Notes under the pieces: generated by a model
The model's database searches: none
What the model saw: only the letters and a program-made list of their open reading frames with translations
What the model was told of the DNA's origin: nothing
Shown here: positions 1-8,909 of the stretch, one piece after another
Layout of the letters: each line of letters begins with the position of its first letter
How positions within the stretch are numbered: position 1 is the first letter of the stretch
NCBI GenBank assembly: GCA_964433755.1
Contig: CAYSSR010000002.1
Coordinates: 212,220-276,219 of the forward strand
Source of the DNA: an uncultured Anaerolineales bacterium
GTDB lineage: Bacteria > Chloroflexota > Anaerolineae > UBA7937 > B3-Chlor
DNA: 64,000 nt
Reading direction: 5' to 3'
Made by a program: the position numbers and the translations under genes

Positions 1-1
1 T

Positions 2-496
2 AGGTCAGAACTCATCGCCGCACTCAGAGAAGACTTCCATCGTTGGGAAGGGCTGCTGGGTGGCCTCAACGAAGAGCAAGTTACGACCCCGCTCCCCTCT
101 TCTCACTGGTCCACCAAGGACGTAGTCGCCCATCTGTGGGCCTGGCAGCAGGTCTCCATCGCCCGGCTGGAGGCAGCTCTGTCGAACGAAGAGCCCAAGC
201 TTCCAGAATGGCTTGCTGGACGAGACCCAGAAGCGGAAGACAGTCTGGAGGAATACAACGAGGGCATCTATCAAGCTTTTCGTGAGGATCCCTGGGCACG
301 CGTGCACGAGGTTTGGAAACGAGGGTTCCTCAGGTTTGTGGAACTGGCCGAGTCGATCCCTGAACAAGACCTGCTCCAAGTCGGGCGATACTCGTGGCTG
401 AAGGGCTCCCCTCTCTCGGCCATCGTGCTTGGCTCGTACGATCACCACAAGGGGCATCTCGACCCTCTACCTGCCTTGTTCCGTGAACAACAATGA
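2..496 (+). CDS. DinB-like/ClbS-DfsB four-helix-bundle protein, 5'-truncated by window edge
   Basis: Frame 2 is open from the window start: RSELIAALREDFHRWEGLL...WSTKDVVAHLWAWQ...YDHHKGHL. The W-x-x-KD-x-x-AHL and C-terminal HxxxH pattern is DinB-like. The ORF track shows only 302..496. Confidence 0.75.
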   Translation, partial: RSELIAALREDFHRWEGLLGGLNEEQVTTPLPSSHWSTKDVVAHLWAWQQVSIARLEAALSNEEPKLPEWLAGRDPEAEDSLEEYNEGIYQAFREDPWARVHEVWKRGFLRFVELAESIPEQDLLQVGRYSWLKGSPLSAIVLGSYDHHKGHLDPLPALFREQQ

Positions 497-744
497 GCGT
501 GAGCCCTGGGTCCAAACGCCGTCCAGCGAGCGGCTGCGAGTCTGCATGATCCACAGACCTTTTCCAGTCTCGATAGCATGCTATCTGCTCACAACCAGGT
601 TCCACTTGTTGCTGGGCCTGTTCCCTGGCCCGGTGCTGGCCTAGCCGCCAGAAAGCTCTACCGCCGCCTGATCGAGGCCACCTGCCACGAGATCGGCGCG
701 CGGGTGTGGGAGCCGTAGGGATTGATCGAGGAGGAGAAGAGAAG

Positions 745-1524
745 ATGGTGACTTCGAGCAACGACACCCAAACCGACGCCACGTTTCTCGATATGCAGGC
801 CCACATCGGTATCACCAAACATACCGGCGGCCTCGAAGCGACAAAGGAGCTTCTCTCCCTGTGCCACGTGGAGGACGCGCGGGAAGTGCTCAACGTAGGC
901 TGCGGCATCGGCGTGGCATCGACCTACATCGCCAGCAACTATGGATGCCGCGTGATGGGTGTGGATCTCTCGGAGAAGATGATCGAATGGTCACGACGAC
1001 GCGCCAGAGAGGAGAGGGTCGAGGACAAGGTTGAGTTCCAGACCGCCGACGTGCAGGAATTGCCCTTCGAAGCGGACCGCTTCGGCGTCGTGTTCGCTGA
1101 ATCGGTGCTCGTGTTCGTGGAAGACAAGGCCCGGGCGATTGAGGAATGCGTGCGGGTGACCAGGCCAGGTGGCTACGTGGGGCTGAACGAGGCCGTGTGG
1201 ACCAGGGAGCCATCCCCGGAGATGGTCGCACAGGTCAGGGCTGCCATCGGTCCTTACGTCCCGACGGCTGAGAGCTGGGAGGCTCTCTGGGAGGCCTCCG
1301 GGTTGCAGGAGCGGGTAGTGGAGATTCACCAGGTCGACCCCAGCACAGAAGTGAAGAGCCGGATCGGCTGGATAGGTTGGTCATGGCTCCTTAGGGCGTG
1401 GGGCCGTGGGCTGCGCCTCTACCTCACGAAACCTTCCATCAGGCGGTCCATGAAGGCGGTCTTCGATGTGCCGCCGGAAGTGTTTGAGTACGCGGGCTAC
1501 GGGCTGTTCGTGGGCAGGAAGTAG
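745..1524 (+). CDS. Class I SAM-dependent methyltransferase
   Basis: VLNVGCGIG motif I and MGVDLS; ATG 745 follows a GAGGAG RBS. Confidence 0.9.
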   Translation: MVTSSNDTQTDATFLDMQAHIGITKHTGGLEATKELLSLCHVEDAREVLNVGCGIGVASTYIASNYGCRVMGVDLSEKMIEWSRRRAREERVEDKVEFQTADVQELPFEADRFGVVFAESVLVFVEDKARAIEECVRVTRPGGYVGLNEAVWTREPSPEMVAQVRAAIGPYVPTAESWEALWEASGLQERVVEIHQVDPSTEVKSRIGWIGWSWLLRAWGRGLRLYLTKPSIRRSMKAVFDVPPEVFEYAGYGLFVGRK

Positions 1525-1662
1525 GAGCCAGGGCACGAGCGGCTTCTCAGTCACAGAGCCTGCCCGGTGCCTGGAAGAGCCGCGTCCTGAGCAGTCGCCT
1601 CACCCAACTACTCCTTCGTGAGGAGGGTCGGGATCGTTGAATGGGCCCAGGCCGGTTCCGAC

Positions 1663-1687
1663 GGGCCCGTCTGAGACCCGCCCCTAC
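1663..1687 (-). repeat. GTAG-type REP-like imperfect palindrome
   Basis: Minus strand GTAGGGGCGGGTCTCAGACGGGCCC: a GTAG tetranucleotide followed by a GC-rich imperfect hairpin, intergenic. Confidence 0.45.
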
Positions 1688-1779
1688 GCACCCATGCGAC
1701 CGCCCGTGGAGGTGCCGGCACGGCCGGAAGCTGGATGGCTGGCACTATCACGCTCGGGGGTGGCGGAAGAGATGCCAAG

Positions 1780-1922
1780 CGGGGTACGTCACCCAGCACG
1801 ACAACGGCCTCAAGATCGGTTCTACCCTCTGGCCGGTTGAGATCCTGCAACGCATCGCGGCCGAGTACCTGGAGAAAGTGAAGAACCTGGATCGGAAGGC
1901 AGAGAGCTTCTCCTGCCAGTAG
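1780..1922 (+). pseudogene. Orphan C-terminal gene fragment (YVTQHDNGLKIGSTLWPVEILQRIAAEYLEKVKNLD...)
   Basis: Strong GC3 coding-like codon usage up to TAG 1922, but no credible start; the upstream part of the ORF runs through the REP-like element. Confidence 0.35.
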
Positions 1923-2160
1923 GGGACTGGCCGTGCCACACTGGCTGGCCTGGATGGTCGCCGCGGCCGAACACGCCCCCCGGCTGGGAAGACCTCCAGA
2001 CGCCACCGGCCTGGGCAGGGTCGGATACTTCATGGTCGTTGCGGCAGACTGCGAAGTGCTGCACCAGAAGCGACAACGGCGTGGACCGATGTTCCGCGTG
2101 ACCAGTAGTTGAGCAGCCGGCCATCATGCTCACCACGCCTCATGGGAGGAGAACAGGAAG

Positions 2161-3180
2161 ATGACAGAAAAGGAGCGACCCGCCTGGGTGAACCCACGCC
2201 TCGTGCGACCATACGGCTGGTCACCCAAACTCCACGTCGACCTGGCAAAGATGCCAGACGAGCAGAGGCGGAGGCACGTGCTCGCTCGCCTCTCTCGTTT
2301 CACGGGTTTAGGTAACTTCGCAGAACAATGCTACCATTTCTACACAAACAAGCAGCCTGAGCCCTGGTTGATGCCCACGTACAAATGGACACCATGGACC
2401 GCTGAAGGAATCGCGTTCGAAGAGACCACGGTTGAATCATTGGACGAATTGGCCCCCTACGTCAAAGACGAGGAGATCGTCGAAGTCTGTCAGGCTCTGA
2501 TCAAACAGAGGCAGCTTGTGGACGACATCAACGACCAACTGGGGCGAGCACTCACCGACTTCCTTGGTTTCTCTCCCCCCAGAACAGTGGAGGATTTCCG
2601 CGCACTGGGACAAGAAGTGGACGACCACCGACTGAAGCACGGCCCGGTTTGGGTACGTCAAGCAGAGATTCGGCCGTTGATCATCAAACTCAAGGACGTC
2701 TTCGTGGAGATCAGATCGCTGGCGTTTGAACTCACAGGCAGGCTCCAACAGTACTACGAGCCCACAGCGCCGAGTCGCGAGGAGATCGGCGATCAACGAG
2801 CACACGACCTGGTAGACCAGGCCATCGGGGAGCCGGACGTCGATCACGCCATACGCCTGTTGAAGAGGGCGCTACGATACGGCAAGATCGGTATCGCGGC
2901 CAGCAACGCCTATATGGAGCTTGCCGGACGCTACTCAGACTTGGGCGATACGAAAAGGGCCATCGAGCATTACACCAAGTCGCTGAAAGCCTCCACAATC
3001 CGCAACGCTATGACGCTCTACTGGCGGGGAGAACTGTACTATCAACGAGAGGAGTGGGACAAGGCGCGCAGCGATTTCGAAGAGGCCGTGGCGATAGGAC
3101 TCTACTCTCCTGAGTATGAGCAGGCGCAAGAATGCCTGGCCGAACTTCGCGCTCGCAAATCCGGTGAAGGGGCGGGATGA
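2161..3180 (+). CDS. Tetratricopeptide-repeat protein with unrecognised N-terminal domain
   Basis: C-terminal TPR motifs (AYMELAGRYSDLGDTKRAIEHYTKSL; LYWRGELYYQREEWDKARSDFEEAV); purine-rich RBS region upstream. Confidence 0.8.
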   Translation: MTEKERPAWVNPRLVRPYGWSPKLHVDLAKMPDEQRRRHVLARLSRFTGLGNFAEQCYHFYTNKQPEPWLMPTYKWTPWTAEGIAFEETTVESLDELAPYVKDEEIVEVCQALIKQRQLVDDINDQLGRALTDFLGFSPPRTVEDFRALGQEVDDHRLKHGPVWVRQAEIRPLIIKLKDVFVEIRSLAFELTGRLQQYYEPTAPSREEIGDQRAHDLVDQAIGEPDVDHAIRLLKRALRYGKIGIAASNAYMELAGRYSDLGDTKRAIEHYTKSLKASTIRNAMTLYWRGELYYQREEWDKARSDFEEAVAIGLYSPEYEQAQECLAELRARKSGEGAG

Positions 3181-3214
3181 CTGAAACACTGAGGGAAGCT
3201 TCCTAGGGGCGGCC

Positions 3215-3403
3215 TGCACGTGCGACGAGATCGCCGAGCAGATCTGGGGCATCGGTGAAGGGGCCAGCCCGGACGCCATCTATGGGTTGGTGAAGCGAGT
3301 CCGCCAGAACGTAGAGCCTGATTGGTGGGAGCCTAGTTACGTGGCTACAGTTCCCGGGGAGGGATGCCGGCTGCAAACCCCATGGTAGAGCCAGTTCTTT
3401 CTG
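3215..3403 (+). pseudogene. Remnant of OmpR/PhoB-type winged-helix DNA-binding domain
   Basis: Hand translation CTCDEIAEQIWGIGEGASPDAIYGLVKRVRQNVEPDWWEPSYVATVPGEGCRL matches the Trans_reg_C C-terminus; in-frame stop upstream and no start codon. Confidence 0.65.
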
Positions 3404-3607
3404 ATCGGAACCGAGAGCGAGCTCTGTCTCTCCAATCTCTGTATCTGCGCCCAACGGCAGACGTTGGTTGGTTGTTGGAGGCTGCTGAGGAAACGATTGA
3501 GACAGGCGGCCAAGAAACGCATAGGATGAAAGAAGGCAGGCCGGCCACGGCCGGGCGGGTAGGCTGTCGACAGAGGACCGAGGAGTATCAAAGGAGCGAG
3601 TGAACGA

Positions 3608-4384
3608 ATGGACAACGAACCTACCTTCTTCGACTTCGCGGCTGAGGTGGGTCTGACCAAACACATCGGAGGAGTCGAGGCCACAGAGGCGCTCGTCGAG
3701 CTGTGTCACATCGACCAAGACAAATACGTCCTGGACGTGGGCTGCGGCGTGGGGGTCACGCCCTGCTTCATCGCCAGGAGGTATGGCTGTCGAGTCGTTG
3801 GCGTGGACCTCTCCCAGAGGATGGTCGAGAGGTCCAGGGAACGGGCAGCGAGGGAGAACGTGGCCGGCAAAGTCGAATTCAGGGTTGCCGACGCCCAAGA
3901 CCTGCCTTTCGAGAATGACCTCTTCGATGCTGTGATCACCGAGTCCGTGACCTCCTTCCCGGAGGACAAGCAGAAGGCGGTCAACGAGTATGCGCGGGTC
4001 ACGAAGCCGGGAGGGTACGTCGGACTCAACGAGTCAGCCTGGCTCAAGGTACCGCCACCGCCGGAGGTGGTCGCCTGGGTATCGCAGGACCTGGGCACCA
4101 CCGCGGAGCCACAGACTCCTGATGCCTGGGTGGGGTTGCTGAAGACCGCCGGGCTGAGAGAGATAGTGGTCAAGACCTACGACATCGACACCCAGGACGA
4201 GGCCAAAGGGATCGTGCGACGGTACGGCCTGGGAGCATGGCTGCGCATCATGGCGAGAATGATGCTACTCTACGCCAGAAGCCCGGCCTACAGAAGATTC
4301 GTGAAGGGGGTACGAGAGACTGGCGTCGTGCCGGACAACCTTCAAGAGTACTTCGGGTACGGGCTGTTCGTGGGGCGGAAATAG
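3608..4384 (+). CDS. Class I SAM-dependent methyltransferase (paralog of 745..1524)
   Basis: VLDVGCGVG motif; shares KHxGGxEAT and the GYGLFVGRK terminus with 745..1524. Confidence 0.9.
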   Translation: MDNEPTFFDFAAEVGLTKHIGGVEATEALVELCHIDQDKYVLDVGCGVGVTPCFIARRYGCRVVGVDLSQRMVERSRERAARENVAGKVEFRVADAQDLPFENDLFDAVITESVTSFPEDKQKAVNEYARVTKPGGYVGLNESAWLKVPPPPEVVAWVSQDLGTTAEPQTPDAWVGLLKTAGLREIVVKTYDIDTQDEAKGIVRRYGLGAWLRIMARMMLLYARSPAYRRFVKGVRETGVVPDNLQEYFGYGLFVGRK

Positions 4385-4450
4385 CAGATGGGAGGCCAGC
4401 CGCGTAGTCACCTGGCGAAACGGCATCGCCGAGGAGGCCCACGAGTGCAA

Positions 4451-4500
4451 CGATCGCCGACCCCTCTGTAGCCGCACGGCATGCCGTGCGGCTAAGGCTG
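4451..4500. repeat. 50-bp dispersed repeat, copy 1, containing perfect 26-bp palindrome
   Basis: TAGCCGCACGGCATGCCGTGCGGCTA (4469-4494) is self-complementary and preceded by G, giving GTAG; 43/50 identical to 5487..5536 by hand alignment. Confidence 0.8.
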
Positions 4501-4708
4501 CGCCGCTGAAGCGTCATGTTGCCAGGCACCCGGCGTCTTCGTCCAGGTGGGACCAAGCCCCATCCCGATGTTCCCGAACGGCCGGCCCACCGCGTCGGTC
4601 GGACGTGCCTGGATTGGCGAATCGCTATCGACTGAGCCAGATCGGATCAGAACCGGCAAAGATGTCCGTGTGCTCATCAGTAGACCCACCTTTCCACATG
4701 GAGGAAGA

Positions 4709-5392
4709 ATGAATCCGAGAATCATCGCGCGCTACGCCATCCGGGAATCCATGGGTGTTGTCCTCATGGGCGTGGCACTGTTCTGGTCGGCAGGGCGCAT
4801 CGACTGGTGGCCGGCGTGGGCACTGATCGTCGTCATGCTGGGTTGGATCACGGCGACGGGCATCGTCATTCTGCGTTTCAATCCCGACTTGCTGGCCGAT
4901 CGTCTGGGGCCGCGCAAAGGGGGCAAACCCTGGGATCTGGCTATCATGAGTATCGTCGGCGTGACGACCCTGGTGCGATTGATCGTGGCCGGACTCGATC
5001 AGCGCTATGGCTGGACGAGCGGTATTCCTTTGGCCGCCCAGGTCGCCGCTCTGGTCGTGTCTGTTCTGGGCTATGCCCTGGTCGTTTGGGCCACCGCCTC
5101 CAACGCCTTCTTCTCGCAGATCGTCCGTATCCAATCCGAGCGCGGCCACTCTGTGGCTACCGGCGGCCCGTACCGATACGTGCGTCATCCGGGCTACCTG
5201 GGCACGATTCTCTACGAGTTGGCCGTGCCGGTCCTGCTGGCTTCCTGGTGGGCCTTGGTCATCGGTGCATTGAACGCCATCCTGCTTCTCGTGCGCACAG
5301 CGCTTGAGGACGGCACCCTACAGGACGAGTTGACTGGCTACGACGAGTACGCACGTCAGGTACGCTATCGTCTGCTGCCAGGCATCTGGTAA
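4709..5392 (+). CDS. Isoprenylcysteine carboxyl methyltransferase (ICMT/PEMT) family membrane protein
   Basis: TM helices, then NAFFSQIVRIQSERGHSVATGGPYRYVRHPGY and EDGTLQDELTGYDEYARQVRYRLLP; ATG 4709 follows GGAGG. Confidence 0.9.
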   Translation: MNPRIIARYAIRESMGVVLMGVALFWSAGRIDWWPAWALIVVMLGWITATGIVILRFNPDLLADRLGPRKGGKPWDLAIMSIVGVTTLVRLIVAGLDQRYGWTSGIPLAAQVAALVVSVLGYALVVWATASNAFFSQIVRIQSERGHSVATGGPYRYVRHPGYLGTILYELAVPVLLASWWALVIGALNAILLLVRTALEDGTLQDELTGYDEYARQVRYRLLPGIW

Positions 5393-5486
5393 GCAGTGGG
5401 TCACCCAAGGGTACACTGTGTCGAGGTGTACTACGGCGTGTGGCCGCTTGATGGAAGGACACCACCGGCAAGGCCGACGAGTCCAA

Positions 5487-5536
5487 CGACCGCCGAGCCC
5501 TTTGTAGCCGGACGGCATGAAGTGCGGCTACGGCTG
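5487..5536. repeat. 50-bp dispersed repeat, copy 2 (degenerate palindrome)
   Basis: GTAGCCGGACGGCATGAAGTGCGGCTAC; direct repeat of 4451..4500. Confidence 0.75.
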
Positions 5537-5723
5537 TTCCGCTCGTCCGCCGAAGCTGACAAACCCCGGCAGATGTAATACAACCATTGATGGTGGACTC
5601 GCTCCTGATGCGGCTGTCATGGCGGATCTCCACCTGACGGCCACACCCCGGGACACACAACGCGAGAGCGGCGCGTTCACCGTTCGATGGTATCGATCGA
5701 CTGATGTGGAGGATTGAGGTAAC

Positions 5724-6200
5724 GTGATCCGGTTGGCACCGATGAGCCAGAGTGATTTCGAGGTCTATCTCGAGTCTGCGATCGACCAGTATGCGCAGGA
5801 GCACGTCAGGGCCGGCAACTGGAGCCCCGACCAGGCTCGCAAGCTTTCCGAGGACAGCTATCACCACCTGCTGCCCGATGGGGTAGCCACCCCCGACCAA
5901 TACCTCTTCACCATCGAGGATCAGGCGCTGGGAGAGAAGGTGGGCATGCTCTGGTTTGCGGTGGAGGAGCGAGTGGAAGCACCACGTGTCTTTCTGTACG
6001 ACATCCGCATCGAAGAAGCCTATCGCCGCCGGGGCCACGCCACCGAGGCGCTTCAGGCACTGGAAGCGAGAGTGCGAGGACTAGGTGTAACGAGGAACAC
6101 GCTACACGTCTTCGGTCAAAACGACGCGGCGCAGGCGATGTACGAGAAGTTGGGATATCAGGTGACAGATCTGAGAATGTCCAAGACGTTGAGTCCATAG
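5724..6200 (+). CDS. GNAT family N-acetyltransferase
   Basis: YDIRIEEAYRRRGHA acetyl-CoA motif; LHVFGQNDAAQAMYEKLGY. Confidence 0.9.
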   Translation: MIRLAPMSQSDFEVYLESAIDQYAQEHVRAGNWSPDQARKLSEDSYHHLLPDGVATPDQYLFTIEDQALGEKVGMLWFAVEERVEAPRVFLYDIRIEEAYRRRGHATEALQALEARVRGLGVTRNTLHVFGQNDAAQAMYEKLGYQVTDLRMSKTLSP

Positions 6201-6265
6201 GATGAGCACGAGCGCCCGGACGCGGGGTCCGGCGCGAGGTTCACAGAGAAAAGGAGGGGAAGCTA

Positions 6266-6958
6266 GTGCAACAGACTGCACGCGTGGAAACCACAGACTC
6301 TGCCTGGAGAAGCCTCTACAGAATCGCAGCGGTGGCTGTCCTGATCTCGGTCGTTCTCATCCCCCTCTCCATGGTAGCCTATTTCCTGTGGCCGCCGTTT
6401 CCCGAAGACGTCCTGGCGGTGATCCAGGAGAATAGACTAGCCGGGCTGATGAGTCTCGACTTCATGTATCTGGCCAGCAGCCTCGTCGCCATCCCCCTCT
6501 TTCCCGCCCTCTACGCCACGCTCAGGCGAGTCAACCACGGTCTGGCGGCCCTGGCGCTGGCTATGGGACTGGTGGGGCTGGTATGCCTCGTGCCCGCGAG
6601 ACCCATTCTGGAGATGTTCACGATCAGCGACCAGTACGCGGCCGCCACGACTGATGCCCAGCGCGCCATCTACCTGGCAGCCGGAGAGGCTATATCCTCC
6701 ATGTTCTACGGCACGGCGTACAACGTGCACTACATCCTCGGTTCTGCTTCCATGCTCATCAGTTCGTTTCTTATGCTTCGCAGCAGCGTCTTCGGAAGAG
6801 GAACCGCCTACGTGGGCATCGCGACGAACATCGTGGTCTTCGGGCTCTACGTGCCCATCATAGGCGTATACCTCTCCCTCCTGTCTGTGTTGGGTTACTT
6901 TGTATGGTACATCCTGCTTGCCCGCAGGTTCTTCCGGCTGGGGTGGGGCGTCTCGTAG
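6266..6958 (+). CDS. DUF4386-like multi-pass membrane protein
   Basis: Multiple TM helices; SDQYAAATTDAQRAIYLAAGEA signature; AGGAGG RBS. Confidence 0.75.
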   Translation: MQQTARVETTDSAWRSLYRIAAVAVLISVVLIPLSMVAYFLWPPFPEDVLAVIQENRLAGLMSLDFMYLASSLVAIPLFPALYATLRRVNHGLAALALAMGLVGLVCLVPARPILEMFTISDQYAAATTDAQRAIYLAAGEAISSMFYGTAYNVHYILGSASMLISSFLMLRSSVFGRGTAYVGIATNIVVFGLYVPIIGVYLSLLSVLGYFVWYILLARRFFRLGWGVS

Positions 6959-7156
6959 GAAACGGAAGGTGGGGACTGACTGGACTCGTGAGCAGTGCAC
7001 ATCCCACCGAAGAGATCGAAGAAGCTCATGTTACGCATTCGTGGGAGGTAGGCCGTGGGCACCATGATTGTCCGTGACTCGAGGTGTGGTCAGGCATGGA
7101 TACCCGCTGGGGCCGACGGTGACCCCATTCCCGCATGGGCCGAGGGGAGGAGGTAG

Positions 7157-7963
7157 ATGTCCCAGGAAAATGATCGGGCCGTTCACAAGACCATCCCAGA
7201 TCGCGGCTGGGGAATCCTCTATGGAATCGGCGGGGTGGCGGCTCTGGTAGCAGTGATCGTCTTCAGAAGGAACTTCGGGACAGAGCTCGTGACCTTCAGA
7301 GGTTTCGGTATTCTCGATGTACCCGAGGTCTTTCCCAGCACCGCCCTCGGTTGGTTCACCCTGCTCCAGGAGAGCAGGCTCGTGGGGCTGGCCCTGCTCG
7401 ACGTCGTCGACCTGGTCAACTATGCCCTGTTGGGTCTGATCTTCCTGGCCCTCTACGGTGCCCTCCGCCGAGCCAGCCAGAGCGCCACGGTCATCGCCGT
7501 GGTCTGTGGGTTCTTGGGGATAGCGGTCTACTTCGTCTCCAACCAGGCCTTCTCCATCCTCTCCCTCAGCGATCAGTACGCGGCTGCCACCACCGAAACC
7601 CACAGGACGGCACTGCTGGCAGCGGGAGAGGCGTTGCTGGCCGTGCACAACCCTGGCGCGATCTACCAGGGTACAGGCATCTACTTCAGTCTGCTCCTCG
7701 TGACCCTTGCCGCGCTGCTCTTCTCTCTGATCATGCTGAGGAGCAGCGTCTTCGGCAAACCCACCGCTCTCGTAGGGATCGTGGCCACCGTGTCTCAACT
7801 GGGGTACTTCGTGGCCCTGCCCTTGGCGCCCGCTATCCTTGCGCTGCCCTTCGTTGTCTCAGCCCCGTTTCGGGTAACGTGGTACGTCCTCATCGCCCTG
7901 AAGCTCTTCCGGCTGGCCGCAAGACGCAATGGGCCGTCGCCGGACGGACAGTTATGTCAATAG
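7157..7963 (+). CDS. DUF4386-like multi-pass membrane protein (paralog)
   Basis: Shares SDQYAAATT...LAAGEA and MLRSSVFG with 6266..6958; GGAGG RBS. Confidence 0.75.
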   Translation: MSQENDRAVHKTIPDRGWGILYGIGGVAALVAVIVFRRNFGTELVTFRGFGILDVPEVFPSTALGWFTLLQESRLVGLALLDVVDLVNYALLGLIFLALYGALRRASQSATVIAVVCGFLGIAVYFVSNQAFSILSLSDQYAAATTETHRTALLAAGEALLAVHNPGAIYQGTGIYFSLLLVTLAALLFSLIMLRSSVFGKPTALVGIVATVSQLGYFVALPLAPAILALPFVVSAPFRVTWYVLIALKLFRLAARRNGPSPDGQLCQ

Positions 7964-8020
7964 TAACAGGATCGATACCAGAGCAAGGGACGCATCCACT
8001 CGTTGATATGGGGGTGACAC

Positions 8021-8665
8021 ATGAGGTCAATCGATCTGCAGACGTGGCCGCGGCGGGAACACTTCCAGCTCTACAGTGGTTTCGACCATCCCCACCTCGG
8101 CCTGTCTGCAAATGTGGACTTAACGGCATTCTACGCAGGGGTAAAGCAACGCGGTTCTTCGATTGCAGTGGCTATCGCCTACGCGATCGCACGAGCAGCG
8201 AACGCGATCCCTGAGTTCCGCTATCGTATTCGAGGTGCGGAGGTCATCGAGCACGAGATCGTACATCCATCGACCACGATTCTGTCCGATGAGGATCTGT
8301 TCAGCTTCTGTACCTTTGACTACCTGGAGGACTTCTCGGACTTCCTTGCCAGAGCTACGGAGAGGATAGTCTACGTTCGGGAGCATCCTGGAGTGAAGAA
8401 CGAACCAGGACGGGACGATCTGTTGTACATGACGGCGATTCCCTGGGTCTCGTTCACGAGTTTCCTACACCCCTTGCACCTGCAGCCAGCCGATTCCGTG
8501 CCTCGGTTCGCCTGGGGGAAGTTCTTCGAAGAGGAGGAAGCTCTGAAGATGCCGCTGAGCGTCCAGGGACACCATGCGTTGATGGATGGAGTACACGTGG
8601 GCAGGTTCTATGCCCTGGTGCAGGAGTACTTCCGTGATCCACATCTCATCCTGGGCGAGGCATGA
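8021..8665 (+). CDS. cat: CatA-type chloramphenicol O-acetyltransferase-like protein
   Basis: IDLQTWPRREHF N-terminus, IPWVSFTS, PRFAWGKF and active-site HHALMDGVH (CAT consensus HHAVCDGxH). Confidence 0.8.
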   Translation: MRSIDLQTWPRREHFQLYSGFDHPHLGLSANVDLTAFYAGVKQRGSSIAVAIAYAIARAANAIPEFRYRIRGAEVIEHEIVHPSTTILSDEDLFSFCTFDYLEDFSDFLARATERIVYVREHPGVKNEPGRDDLLYMTAIPWVSFTSFLHPLHLQPADSVPRFAWGKFFEEEEALKMPLSVQGHHALMDGVHVGRFYALVQEYFRDPHLILGEA

Positions 8666-8909
8666 CGGCGGAGCCTCACCGGTCGACGCGGATCGCGACG
8701 CAGCCGAGCAGACTTGGAGCGCTGCTGCGTCACGCTGCGCCGATGGAACACAGTGTTACGCTCTGAGGCGTCCGACGTGTGATCGGTAGGCCGTTCACGT
8801 GACGTCCCACACCGTCACCCGCTGCGCCACGACCCTCATCCGTGCTCCGCAAGACCGGGGCTGGACTCAGAGAGGCAATCGGGGTGATAATGCCCCGAGG
8901 AAGATAGGG

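Noticed and set aside
578-718. 46-codon ORF MLSAHNQ...ARKLYRRLIEATCHEIGARVWEP
   Set aside because: No RBS and no recognisable family; only the last ~25 codons look coding. Possibly another stump, but unsupported.
1602-1642. attC-like ends ACCCAAC ... GTTGAAT
   Set aside because: Only ~41 bp long (attC sites are longer), not adjacent to a stop codon, and not repeated after other genes.
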